This document shows, in pieces, positions 40,937-54,123 of a stretch of DNA of 64,000 nt. Within the stretch, counting starts at the first letter, position 1. The number at the start of each line of letters is the position of its first letter. Below the pieces are notes generated by a model. It had not been told where the DNA came from. It worked only from the letters and a program-made list of their open reading frames with translations, and ran no database searches. A program made the translations under genes and the position numbers. This stretch comes from Geosiphon pyriformis uo1 (taxonomy: Eukaryota > Fungi > Glomeromycota): NCBI GenBank assembly GCA_016748015.1, contig JAAOMT010000176.1, positions 296,434 to 360,433 of the forward strand, read 5' to 3'.

Positions 40937-42880
40937 ATGGAGCTGGCAAGCATATTTGCTGGTAGGCCTGGTACTAGTTCAATTGGTTTGAGGACCCATT
41001 TAAGTGCAAAAAAAAACTGTATAGATAGTGTCTACTCCCATGATGCATCTTATAAGAAGCTGAAGAGGCCTGTTGTCAGTAATACCATCGACTTGTCTGC
41101 TGGCCCTTTGAGTATGGGTGACCTTGTCGGTGCCAGCATCAAGCCTGTAGTGTCTTGAAGTAGCAAGATAAGCAGCATTGCGAGCAATGCTAGTGGTTTT
41201 TCTAATATTAAGAACATGAAAAACACGGTGGCAGAAGAAATAAGCTACATAGATTCTAATGCTTCATTTGAATATGAGAATATGGACAACACTACTCTTA
41301 GGAAGACTTAAACCCATACTTACATGTTGGACCATCTGCCAAAGCAGCCTTTATTTGATTGTATGAATAATGATAATGGTGTTTTGAAGCTTCCTCTATG
41401 CAAGAAACCTGGATCCAATCAGATGTCGCCGTCCAAGTCACATGTCCTAATTACACATAGTTTTAATTCGACCAAATCTTTCGCACTTAATATTGAGCTT
41501 TTTGTGGTGCCTAGTAAATTTATTAATGATAAGTTAATTTCAATAAAAAAGATCTTTTATAGAGTAGATAGTTTTGGGAGTGCTTTCACTCCTTCAAAAT
41601 TCTCAGAGATCATCAAATCTTTATTTACTTCTGAATTTAGCATGAATAAGACAAAAAAATTGGCAATTCATGAGAAAATTGTGGTAAATAATGATCTTAG
41701 AAAGATTGACAGCTGTTCAAATAAGAAAATTATTGTTAAGGAAATTCCAGTTAATCTTTCCAAATCAGCTGTAGAATTTGTTTTTTCTAAGTTTGAAAAG
41801 ATTGTATTAATCAAGATACAGCTGATTGGTCTGTGGCAAAAAGCTTTGGTGAAGTTTAAGTCATCTGAAATAGCTGATTTGGTTGCAGTTAAATGGTCAG
41901 TTTTCATGGGAAAGGATTCTGTTCGAGTGGTAAAAGTTGTTGATAATAAACAGTCATGAGTTTTTAGGAATTTACACCAGGCATTGCTTTATACTCTTTC
42001 AGTTGGTATTATGACACATGATCTTTTTGATTTGTTGGAGTTATATGGTGGGAAAACTTGTTTTATTGGCTGTAATCCGAGTTTTTATGCACACAATATA
42101 TGTGTAATTGTGTGTTTTGCTGATGAAACATCCAAATTGGCTGCTATTGGTTCTATTTTGGTGTTTAAGGGTGTAAATTTGCACTGGACTGGTCTTTTTT
42201 TGGCTTGTTGTGCCAACTGTAAACAATTTGGTCATGTTTCTAATGTGTGTTCGGCTGGTGAGAACTCTGGGGTTTGTCGTAAGCAAGTGATGTCTTCTTA
42301 GAATCAGATTTGTCTGGTTAACATTTATAAGAGGAAGCAGGCTCTGGTTGCTTGCCCAGTTTCTTTTAGTGGGAAAACTTGGGCCTAAATTGCAGGTGGT
42401 TCTTTTTTTTGTGTAGCATTGTCAGTTTTTTCTGGTATTGGTTTGCTTTTAGGTATAAAACCTTTGGTGATTGCCTCCAACTCTTTTGATGATTCTGGTT
42501 TGGCTGACTGTATGGCTTCTTTGGAGTGCTCTGTAAAGCTTTTGTCAGATCAGGTCTTTGAAATTTTGAGAAAATTGAGCTTTGTGAAATTGGTGCTGTT
42601 GTTATCTCCATCTTGTGTTCCCTTCCCAATTGTTACTTCTTCTTTGAATTCAGCTCTGGATTCGGATATAGTTGTGAATAGTGTGGTGGTGCCTCCTTCT
42701 CCTCCAGTGGTTGGTAATGCTGGCCCTGAACTAAGTTTGAGCAGTTTAAAGGTTCTTACCACTAAAGTGAGTGGTTTGGAATCGAAAATGATGGCTCTAG
42801 AAGTTTCAATTGGCTTGGTATTAATGAGGTTAGACTCTTTGTGTTTTAGTTTGGGTTTGTCAGCTCTTCTTCCTTCTTAA
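40937..42880 (+). pseudogene. LINE ORF1 (RRM-like region, CCHC knuckle, C-terminal coiled coil)
   Basis: VKEIPVNLSKSAV, CANCKQFGHVSNVC, KVLTTKVSGLESKM; interrupted by transition-type stops. Confidence 0.8.
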
Positions 42881-45800
42881 TGAATGATTTTGTTTAGAGA
42901 GTTGCTACCTGTAATATTAGGGGAATAAACAATTCTGTGAAACAGAAAAATATCATTTGTTGGCATAAGGATATGAACAATTTGATTTCTATTGTTACTG
43001 AGACTAAATTGAAAGACAAGATCCATCCTTGGATTATAAATAAATTTAGTGGTGTCCAGATCTTCACTTCTGGGTTAAATTCTGGTTATATGGGCTTTGG
43101 TGTTGCGATTATCATAGACATTTCTCTGGCATGACATGTGTGCAAAGTTTTTGAAATGCCTAATTAGCTCCTGTCTGTTAAGCTGTTCTTCAAGAATAAA
43201 CTTTCCGTGTTAATTTTGGGCTATACACTAGTGCTTTTTCAGTGATTCAGTTTTTTCAGACTGGTGAAATCAACTCATTTATTGCTAAGGCCATAAATGA
43301 AGCATTTTTCATTGTTCTTGGTGGAGATTTCAATAAAGATGATGTGTGTAAATGTGCTAGTTTTAAAAGATGTCTTGATCTGAGGCTGGTCAATTCTCTG
43401 CTTAATAGTCCAGTAGTAAAAGTTCCCATATGGAAGAATTTAAGAGGTGTGAAAAAAACAATTGATTATGTATTGGTTTCTTCTAATTTGGTCAATGCAG
43501 TTTTAGAACACAGTATTGTGAATGTTAATGAGTACTTTGACACTGATTACCAAGCCATTTCTGTAATAGTAGATCTGAGTGGTTTGCTGGATATGTAGTT
43601 AAACTCTTTTTGTAAACAGACTAATAAAGATTGTTAGAAGTTTGATTTCAAGAGTGCTGGTAATGATAAGTGGGAAAAATTTGAAAATGCCACACTGGTC
43701 AATACTGAGATGTTTTCTGACAAATTTGTTGCCACTGTCAAGTTTTCAGATTTGAATGCCATATGGAATGTTCTACACAGAATAATAACTCTTTCAGCAA
43801 ATGAAATATTTAGAAAGAAATAGTTCAAAGATTTTAATAGTGTTTTTACTAAAGTTTCTTCAAAGTTTCATAAGTTGGAGCTTTTGGTTTCAAAAATTAT
43901 CAGGGTTTTTCATGAAGGGAATGTTGTTAGTTTTGTCTCTTTTATAAAGCACTGGAACTCTATGGACAGTATCAAAGCCTCAGTTGTTTAGGATCTTATT
44001 AACTCTGGTGCAGCCTTTAATTGTGTTCACTCTGCTCTCTCTGGCATTAGGAAATCTTATCATACATCCAAGCTTGCTGAATCTCTGGCAGCTAAAAAAA
44101 CAAACATTAGAGCTGTTATAGATAAGAAGATAGAAAACTTTGAGACAAATAAGGGTCATACTATCAAGAGTGTTCTAAAGCACCCTTTTTACAAAGTGGT
44201 TTTGGACTATCTGGTTGTTAATAACAAGCTTATTTTGAAGCCCAATTCAGTTAGATCTAAGGTGCACATTATTATGAAAAGTTGAACCAAGAAGCATAGT
44301 GTGGTTGCTAATGTTTTTGATGTTTGGTCTTGTCAATATTAGCCATTGGATTATGTTTTTAATAAAGCCTTTTCTGGTATAATGTGTTTAGTTAAGCTTA
44401 GTGAGCTGCTTGATGTGATTTCTAATCTGCCTGATGGCAAAGCTGCTGGTCTTTCAGGTATCACAAATGAGCTTTGGAAACATTGTGACAAATCAATTCT
44501 GAATATGCTTTTGGTGCTTTTAAACTTTTGTTTATCTTGCGAATTAGTACTCAGACCTTAGATGGAAGCTTGGGTCTTGATAATTCCTAAACCATATAAG
44601 TGGAAAGGTGTTCTTATGAATACCCATCCTATAGCTTTGATCAAGACAGCTTGTAAGATCCTTTCCAAGATTTTTTCTGATAGGATTTCTTTGGCATGCA
44701 ACACTTTCAATGTTCTTTGTGAGAACAATTTTTCAGTTTTAAAGAGTATAACGACTTAGTCTCTTATTTTTGCAGTTGGATCAGTAATTAAGGATGCATT
44801 AAAAAAGAATCAAGAACTCTGGCTGGTTTTGTAGGATATGCGGAAAGCATATGATTTAGTTAGCTAGAAACATCTTGAGAAAAGTTTGGTCAGAATCAAG
44901 ATGTATGACAGGTTTATTTGGTTTTTTGGTAGTATTTATAAAAATTGTACTAACAGGGTAATAACAGACTTTGGGTTGATAGATAATTATTGTGTGCATG
45001 ATGGTTTGGACCAAGGAGAAGTCTTTTCCCTTCTCCTGTGGTGTATATTTTATGATTCTCTACTGTGTGAAGTCAAGAGGCAGGAAAGCATATGTGGTTA
45101 TAAATTAAGTTTTCATTTTATTTCAAAGAATAGTCATGCTGAATCTCAGGCTGGACTTTCTTCTTTTTTTGCAGCTGGTGCTTTCATTGATGATACAATT
45201 TGGGTTGGTAGTAATCGGGCAGCTACTCAACATATTTTCAACATTGCTAATGAATTTTTTCAAATTAATAACATTTTCATCAATAATGACAAAACAGTGG
45301 CCATTCCCATCAATAGTAAAGTCAGCAATCCTTCTTTTTCTATCAGTGGTTTACCAATTTCTATTGTCAAAAAAGGTGAATCTTATTAATATTTGGGTAT
45401 CTTTCTCTCAACTAAGAGTCTTTCAAAGCCTAGTTTGGTGAAGGCAAATTCGGATGTTTGTTTTTTTACCAATTTGGTTCTGAAAAAAACTGTTTCAGAC
45501 AAGCAGTTTTTATATTTGGTATCAGCAGTTCTTCATCTTATAGTTAGTTATAGAATGCAGTTTAGTTTCATTTCTATTGGTATATGCAACAAGTGAGATG
45601 CTTTGATTCATAAGGGCTTGAAGTTTAAATCTGGTCTACCTTTTGATTTTCCTAGTAATACAATTTATCACTCCTTCTTTTATGGTTTAAAGTCTTTCTT
45701 TCAAGTTCAGTCTGAGAGCAAGGTGGCCTTTTTTGTTAGTTTTGTGAATTCTGGTGGTATTCTGGATTGTTTGTTTTCTTACAGATCCTATAACTTGCAA

Positions 45801-46019
45801 GTTCTTTGCTAGTGCTCTGTTTATTTGTTAAGTTCTCTTGTTTATATTTATGTCAATGCTTCTAATAACTTTCTAGTGGGCATGGTTCATGTTCTTCTTG
45901 ATTGCAATTTGTCTCTGGGTGGCTCTTTGACCAATCTTTTTTGGTTTTATGGTAGAGTCCTTATGTCTATTGTTCTGGGTGAGTCACAATTTCTTAGGTT
46001 TTTTTCTTCTCTCCAATGG
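42880..46019 (+). pseudogene. LINE ORF2 5' part: APE endonuclease + reverse transcriptase
   Basis: ATCNIRG, VTETKL, GGDFN, IDYVLVS; PDGKAAG, IIPKP, DMRKAYD, GLDQGEVFS, AFIDDT, YLG. Confidence 0.9.
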
Positions 46020-46949
46020 TGTTACTTGAATAGAAAAACTGATCTGAAGTTATGAAGAAACATGACCAGAATGTGACATAACCCAGAATAGCACACAATA
46101 ATGTTGAATAACACGTTATAATTTAAGATAGCATGCAATAACATTGAATAACGTGTTATAACTTAGGATAATGCAAGATAACATGTTACAACAAGGAATA
46201 ACACAGAATAACACTAGATAACATGTTATAACATAGAATAACTAGTAATAATGTAGAAGAACAAAGCAATAACAGAAATAACAAAGCAATAGTTAACAAT
46301 AATAAAACAATTAGAAGCAATCCTGTAAAACCAAAAGAATATATAAAAACGAGTAGTGGTAGAAAGTAGAAAAACAGGACAGATAGATACGAACCACTAG
46401 ACAAGAAACAAACATCCATCACCCCTTCTCATTTATTATATTTCCATATTCATCTTCTGAAATAAATCAATTATCAAAGAAATCAGAATCATGAATTCAT
46501 GTTCTCAAACTGTATGAGATTTATGTGAATTAATCATTGTTTTGTATCTTTATTTTAGAACAGATGCTCTTAGCATAACCACTTTGAACTATTAATGATT
46601 TGGACCAATTGCTCTTGATCATGACAATTGACAATACTAATTTATTTTTTATTTTTTTTCTTTTTCTTTCTTTCTTATTTTTTTTTGTGGAGCAGCAACA
46701 TAGTAAAATCAACTGTGCTCGTTAGCTCGGAGAAGAAAGCTTACATTTATGGAAGACATTGCAATCGACGAAAGACAAACTCTGTGCCTTATAATCAAAG
46801 AACTCAATGGGTAGATTCACATCCAGAAATAGACCTTCAGAGACTAATAATCGAGACTAAGCCAACAAAATTACATGAAAGACACATTACCAATAATTGA
46901 GAGCATTAAATATTATCATCTTCATTACCTACCAAGTTTACTCATAACA
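46020..46949 (+). repeat. 5' LTR (930 bp)
   Basis: TGTTAC...CATAACA; colinear with 54876-55927 apart from a 122-bp deletion. Confidence 0.93.
46071..46260 (+). repeat. 10-bp-period minisatellite in LTR (also ~54927-55116)
   Basis: About 19 decamers, most ending ATA, with a 40-bp higher-order repeat. Confidence 0.85.
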
Positions 46950-46951
46950 TT

Positions 46952-46968
46952 TGGTGCCCCCTGTGAGG
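46952..46968 (+). promoter_or_regulatory. Primer-binding site TGGTGCCCCCTGTGAGG
   Basis: 2 nt after the LTR end; begins TGG (complement of tRNA CCA). Confidence 0.85.
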
Positions 46969-46970
46969 TT

Positions 46971-49900
46971 ATAAATCCACAGAGACAAAGCACCCCAGAA
47001 ATACACAAAAGTGGTGACTATTGGAACAGTAGAAAAGAACCACTCCCCATACAGAAGAACACTATTTCAATACTTTCGAAAAGACCTAGAAATACCAGCA
47101 GAAACTGCTTATACAGAAAGTGATTTTTATAACTATATCAATGCAAAAATTGACTGCTTATTAGGCCATGCAACTGACACAGGAAGACTAGAAGAACAAA
47201 TCTATCAAAGCTTATTAGGGTACTTAACAGCCACGACTACCCAAGCAATTACTGAAACTCTGTGCATAATCAATACAGACATTAAATATTACATGGCAAA
47301 ACAATTCTCTCAAGTACAACAACCAGTGGAATCTGATCCTGAGGAATACGAAGACAAATCCAACAATCCCGTAACTGCCTAAGCCAAGTCCATAGTCAAC
47401 AAGAAACCAAGGTTCCTCTTCCCAACAACTCTATCATACCATCAGACACCCCAAAGTAGAATTGTATTCAACCCACTCCCGAAAACCCAGTCAGAAACAC
47501 CACGAACTCCTAGAAATCTATACCCTTAAAATCAACATAGTTGGACCAAATTATTAGGAGAATATGGATCATTGTTTGGAAATCTCTCCTCAATACTTAA
47601 CAAAACAGACGGAAATACATCAACATGAGAACTACTGCCAACCCAAACATTGACCAAATCATCAATTACCTCCTTTGAAGAAACAGCTATCTTCCAGTCC
47701 ATTGGGAAAATTAATAAAGAGAAACAACCAGAATTAGCACCAGGAGAACACTTTAGCATGCAAACACCAAACCTTCCAGTATCAATCAGTAAGACTCCAC
47801 CTACTCACCAGATCATGGCTTACTGAGATATTGCCAAATTAAAGAAATTCTCTGGTGAAAAAGATGACACATATATATGGATCGCGGAAGCCAAGAAAGC
47901 CATCACTGCCAACAATTAGAATAATGATAGGACCATTCAAGTATTGCCATTCTTTCTAACTGGAACTACAAACTCATGGTATTAAAGCCTTGCAGAGAAA
48001 CCAACCGACTTTGCCACCTTTAAACTTGTCTTTCTGCAATACTTTTGTGATCCCAACACTTTTATTAGATTACAAAATTAGTTCAGTATCATAAAACAAA
48101 AAGACCACAAAGCAGTAACTACTTATCTTGGATGATTCAACCAAATTATTCTTTAAATCCAGGCCATTGAAAGAGATTACTACACTGTGGCGCAAATCCT
48201 TAACCAATTCATCAAAGGATTAAAAAGCAGTCTCCTCCGATCCATAAGATCCCACCACCTAATAAACCTACAAAAAACAGTTACTCTTGTTCATGATTTT
48301 GAGTCAGCAGAACAAGAGACTAACCATACTCAAACCATTAACCTGGCTATTAATGGAACATCTGATATCAACACAAAAATAATTCAATTAAGTGAGAAAT
48401 TAACTCAGAAAATTGAGGGATTTTTAGCCAGTACTGTAGGACTTTACCAACCACCACAACAAAAAAATAGTAATAACACTAGATACCAACAACAACAGAA
48501 TCACCAGCAACAACAACAATCTTGAAGATCCAATTCCTGCAATTGTTACTATTGCCAGAAATCTGAACACATCATCTGGGACTGTTATAAAAAAGTAATG
48601 GACCAAAACCAAAGAAATCAATATTAGCACCCAAGATACTCTTAAAACATAGTATTCCAATATCCTACACCTCAATATTAACTGCCTTAATACTCACCAC
48701 AAATGCAGTATACCCAGTAACCACCTCAGACCTACTACCAGTCTTCACAGCCAATGGCTCAAGCAGTACTCCAATACCAAAACTCCGTTAATAGCCAACC
48801 TAAGCATCGTACAATTGATTACAACTAAGGATAGAGAAACCTCAGCAACAACTAACAATGTACCATTGTGATCCCTAAATTGTAGTAATGTCTTGTCTCA
48901 ATCAGCACTAACTGGATACTCTAACCAAGCCTCATATCTTGGTCTCACTGAAAATCAAGATTTTTATAGTTCTACACCTTTAGAAGAAAAGGATATAGGA
49001 GAGACTTTCACCTCTTTAAGGTGAAATCAAATCAACAATACCATTCCACCTGCCATCATTACTGAAAACACTACTCTTGCAGCCATATTCCCCTTCAATA
49101 TTGACCATCTGAACACCACTAACTTTTTCAGTAAAGCCGCCATTAATCAGGATAAACCAATTACAGCTCTGTACACCAATGCTAGAGTTGGGAACATAAA
49201 TATTAAGTTAATCTTAGACAGTGGTTCAGCAGACAGTATAATAATGAAACAACTCATGGATCAATTAAGTCACTGAATAGATTATGTCACAACTACTTGA
49301 ATCATCACCACAGACAGCAATACCAAGACTCTCATTGAAGAAATCAATAATTTCCCCTTTGAGATCAACAGAATCCAGATTTCTATTAAAGTCTTGGTTA
49401 TAAAAGCCATGTAATATCAAGCTTTCGTCGAAAACCACTGGTTGGCCAAAGTCTATATCACTCTTGACTGGAACACACAGGAATTACAGATCACCTTTAA
49501 TAAATGACATGTCTGAATCCCAGCTATATGCAGATACTTCCAAGTCCAAAGCTCAGAGGAACTACTAATTGAATTCGATGACACAACACCACCACTTACC
49601 ATAGAAACCTATCAAGTTTTGTGGGCAGATGATTTCTGAACAGAGTTACTCCCACTACCAACTTGGAAAGAAAAAGGAAAGGGAAAAGCAGAAGAACTAC
49701 AATCAGCACCTGCAGACTATTCTACCTTAAGTCAAGGAAGTCAATAATATTGAGCCCTGAAATTAAACTGTGTTGACTGTGGAAAAAAGTTATCCTCTAT
49801 GGGCATGTGTATAGGAGATAATAAAAAATGGCCAACTGCTACAAAATACTATTATAGACTATATGTAATGGAAAGATTCAGAAAACTGAAATAACAAGAC

Positions 49901-52675
49901 AAATGGGACAGTACACTATGTTTTGCCTATGGCGAGATTTTGCCAGATAAAAGATTCTGGAATAATGTATTTGGCAGAGGAGAAACATGTAATGAAGTGT
50001 GTTAATATATCATCTTGATTAATAATTGGGTACAAAAAAGAACTCCAATCAAAGCTGTCTGGAGACAAGCTCTCAGTAGATTAGACAGCTATCCACATGA
50101 CAAACACAAAATATGGAGGATGGCAAGTGCCAAATCTGAAAGTGCTATACTTAGTGAAATATGAAAAGAACAGAAACAAAGACTAATTGACTTAAACACA
50201 AAATTATGTGATTATTGCCTAATCCCTTGCTATTTTCAGTATTGTGACAAATATGACCTCATGTTTAATCCACTGCCAAGAATATTACATTCTATTGACA
50301 AGCTACCAGAACCCGAAGAAGAAGCTGAATTAATAGTTGAGGACATGCTGTTTTAAGAGCCTAATGAGACTACCAAAACATAGCAGTACTTTGCGTATCC
50401 CAATCTATCCAAAAAACTAGAGCTAAAATGGTACAGTGACAATGAAGAAAAAATTTGCTCTGAAAAAATGCATAACACCAATGCTGGTTTCAACCTATAA
50501 TACCCTGGACAATCATCCATTATTATAGCCTCACATTCCCTTGTAAAAATAGATCTTAAGATAGCATTAGAAATTCCTGTTAGTACAATAGTATAAGTTG
50601 CCTCTTGATCTAGTCTAGCCAAGAAAAAAATTGACGTAAAAAGAGGAATCATTAATGCCAGTTACACAGAAAACATCATCATGATACTACAAAACAATTC
50701 GGACAGACCTTACAAAATAAAATCACAAGAAAAGATTGCCTAAGCTATCTTCCTACCCCTAGTCAAAATACCCCAATTAATTCTGGTAACAACCCAAGAA
50801 GAATTAGGCCTCACTGCTTGAGGAATCAACGGGTTTGGATCAAGTAGAAGAGAAAACGTATCAATCAACTTTACAGAGAAAAACAGTAACCAGGTAGAAC
50901 TTATTTACACTAACACAGTCATCTCTATTCCCCTTTATTAACAATACCTCCTTAAGGTGAATTAAAAGATTTAAGATCAAGCCCTGTTATTTAAAGCCAA
51001 TCCTGAAATCTGTTTTCTAGCCAATATTGCTAACTTATACCTATCAGCCAAAGCCCATAAACACTTCAAAATCCCCATCCACAATCCCACAGAATATGTA
51101 ATTGAAATTCCTGAAGGAATCCTTATTGGTTCTATCTCACTGAACATTCAACATCCCAAAAAACCTCAGTCCATTCCAGATTTCGCACAGCTATTCTTAT
51201 TTTGTGACATTACCTTACAAGTATGGAATTTGCCAAAAGAAAGTTATTTGTTCACACCAGAAGAGATCAATAAATTGAATTTAGAAAACTTAAGTACTTT
51301 GCAACAAATGCAACTCAAAGTTTTTCTGAATTAGTATGCTGATGTTTTTGCCAGTGAAAATGAGTTCAGACACACCAACATCATAAAGCATCAAATTGAT
51401 ACAAGAGATGCTCAATCTATTAAACAACAAGCTTACTGAGTACTCCCATTTGATGACAACCTTATCAAACAAGAAGTCCAACAAATGCTTGACAACAGTC
51501 TGATCAAAAAATCATTAAGCCTTTAGTCCTCTCCAGTAGTCTTGGTCACCAAGAAAAATGGAAAGGTGTGATTCTGCATAGATTACCAAAAACTAAATAG
51601 TATCATGTGAAGAGATAGTTATCCCACTCCCCTTATTCAAAAAATTCTGGACAATCTAGAAAAAAAGAAATGGTTCTCATCATTAAATTTAGTAAGTGGT
51701 TATTGGCAAGTTGAAATAGACCTTAAAGACAAAGAAAAAACAGCATTTACCACTTAAGATAGAAACTTCAAGTTTAACATAATGTCTTTTGAACTCTGTA
51801 ATGCTTCCACCACATTCCAGCGCCTCATGGATATTGTATACAAAGGAATCCTATGGAAATCAATCATAGTATATCTAGATGACACCAATGTTTTCTCTGA
51901 AATGTTCAATGATCATTTGCTCTATCTGCAATAAGTCTTCAAATGTCTTCGTAGTGCTGAATTGAAACTCAATCCCGATAAATGCTTTTTTGGAAAAACT
52001 GAGTTAAAGTTTCTAGGACATGTAATTGGCAAAGATGGAGTCAAATCCAATCCAGATAAGGTCTGAAAAGTCAAGAATTTTTCAGCCCCAATTAACTTCA
52101 GAGAATTATGAGAATTTCTAGGATTGGCAGGCTATTATTGTCGATTTGTCAAAGGTTTTTTGAACATTGCAAAACCACTCCATTATTTGTTGTCCAAATA
52201 CATACCATACTTATAGAAAGAAGAGCAACAGAAAACATTCGACTATCTTAAGCAGTATTTGATTACATCTCCCATCCTGATTTACCCAGATTTTATTAAA
52301 CAGTTTATTGTTGCTATGGACACCTTAAAAAATGCTCTAGGAGCAGTATTATCTCAGATAGGACCAGACAATAAAGAACATCCAGTTGTCTATGCCAGTT
52401 GTAGCATAAGCCCAGCAGAAAAAAATTACAGCACAACAGATCTGGAATGCTTCGCCATTTATTGGGCCATACAGACTTGGAAACATTATCTCAGTCAACC
52501 ATTTGATCTATATACCAATCACAAAGGACTTATTTGGTTACTCAATAATCCACAATTAGAAAAAAAATATGCAAGATGGAGTACTTATCTGCAACAATTC
52601 TCACTCAAAGTCCATTACAAGGAAGGATCCAAGAACACCAATGCTAACAGTTTGTTGAGGATACCACAAACCTAA
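46971..52675 (+). pseudogene. Gypsy gag-PR-Cys-rich-dUTPase-RT-RNase H
   Basis: Gag (KFSGEKDD, knuckle CYYCQKSEHIIWDC), PR (LILDSGS ~49210), dUTPase (AGFNL, SSLAKK, GFGS; ~50420-50850), RT (FCIDYQKLN, YLDD), RH (ALGAVLSQ, NYSTTDLEC). Confidence 0.9.
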
Positions 52676-52685
52676 TCCCAAACCT

Positions 52686-54045
52686 ATGGACACACTCATT
52701 TATCAATGACTACATCAGTACTTATCAACACTACATTTCAAGAAAATATTATCTCAACAGGAACACAGTACCATATAAAAACAAGCCCGAAATTATTTTA
52801 TTTAAGACAACCAACTATATCAACGAGAATGTCAAAACTGCCCCACCCCACAACAAGTTATAAAGAACAGTAAAAAAAAAACTATATTACATAATATGCA
52901 TTCTGATCCAACTGCAGAACACTTTAACAAGGATGCTACCCTTAAAAAAACACTAAATTTATATTATTAGCCAACAATGTACAAAGACATTTTTGAATAT
53001 GTGCTCAATTGTGATGCATGCCAGTGAAAAAGAGGAGCAAGATCAACAAAACTACTTTGACCCATTCCAGTTGGAAATCCATTTAATAGAATCAAGATTG
53101 ATTTGGTTGGACCTTTTTTGATTAGATTTCAAGGAAATTGCTATATCACTGTAGTCGTAGACTATCTTACAAAATGGCCAGAAGCCAGAGCAATCCAAGT
53201 GGCTGACACCAAAACAGTAGCCAAATTTGTGCATCAAGACTTAATTTGCTGATATGGATGTCTGAAAGAATTATTATCTAATTAAGGAACACATTTCATT
53301 AATAATATGCTAACTGAACTAAGCCAATGGTTTGGAATAAAACAACTCTTATTATTACCATACCACCCACAAACAAATGGACTGGTAGAACAATTTAACT
53401 GAACACTGTGTGAAGCACTAGCAAAAATAAGTCATAAAAACAAACAAGAATAGGACTTATTCATACCTTCTGTACTCTTTATATACCGAACATTAAAACA
53501 AAATATGACTTATTTCACACCCTTTGAACTAGTTTATGGAAGAAAAGCTATATTACTGATTGAACAAGTGATATTGTCATACCCAACAGAAACAATTAAT
53601 GAAGAAAATTTTGAAGCTACCTTATACTGAAGAACATACCAGCTAATAAAAACATTGGAAGACAATCAAAAAATAACAGCTGACAATATTAGTCACACTC
53701 AAAAATGACAAAAAGAAAGACATAATAACCACCTACTAGAACAACCAATGGAATTCAAGATTGGAGACCAGGTACTATTACATCATACAAAAGCAGAGAA
53801 ACAGTGGAGTGAAAAGTTCGACCCAAAGTGGGACAATTTATTCCATATACATGAAGCATTAGGAAATGGAGCTTACAAATTACGATTAGAAGACAAGATT
53901 TTAAAGAAAGTAGCATATGGAAATTGGTTAAAAATTTATCATGCAAAACAGAAATTATTGTCATCAATACCTTAACTAAATTTTATTAATCAGACCAGAA
54001 GATATATCACAAGATCTGGAACCAATCATTGTCATCAAAACATAG
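52686..54045 (+). pseudogene. Gypsy integrase (own ATG; HHCC, DDE core, GPY/F-SH3-like tail, no chromodomain seen)
   Basis: HSDPTAEHF...CDAC, IDLVGP, DYLTKWPEA, PYHPQTNGLVE, FKIGDQVL, NGAYKL. The 3' end is approximate. Confidence 0.88.
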
Positions 54046-54123
54046 ACAATGTACAGCAAATTAAAGTAGGGAATTCAAATATATAACATCTAAAAAGCAG
54101 CAAGAAACAATAGAAATTTCAAT

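Noticed and set aside
46186-46422. Hydrophobic Leu-rich antisense ORFs in LTRs (also 55042-55275) as membrane or env peptides
   Set aside because: By-product of the A-rich 10-bp repeat read in antisense.
53960-54045. Programmed frameshift or intron before the QDLEPIIVI tail of integrase (+1 frame in both elements)
   Set aside because: No shared slippery site or consistent splice signals; cannot be separated from random indels without a consensus.
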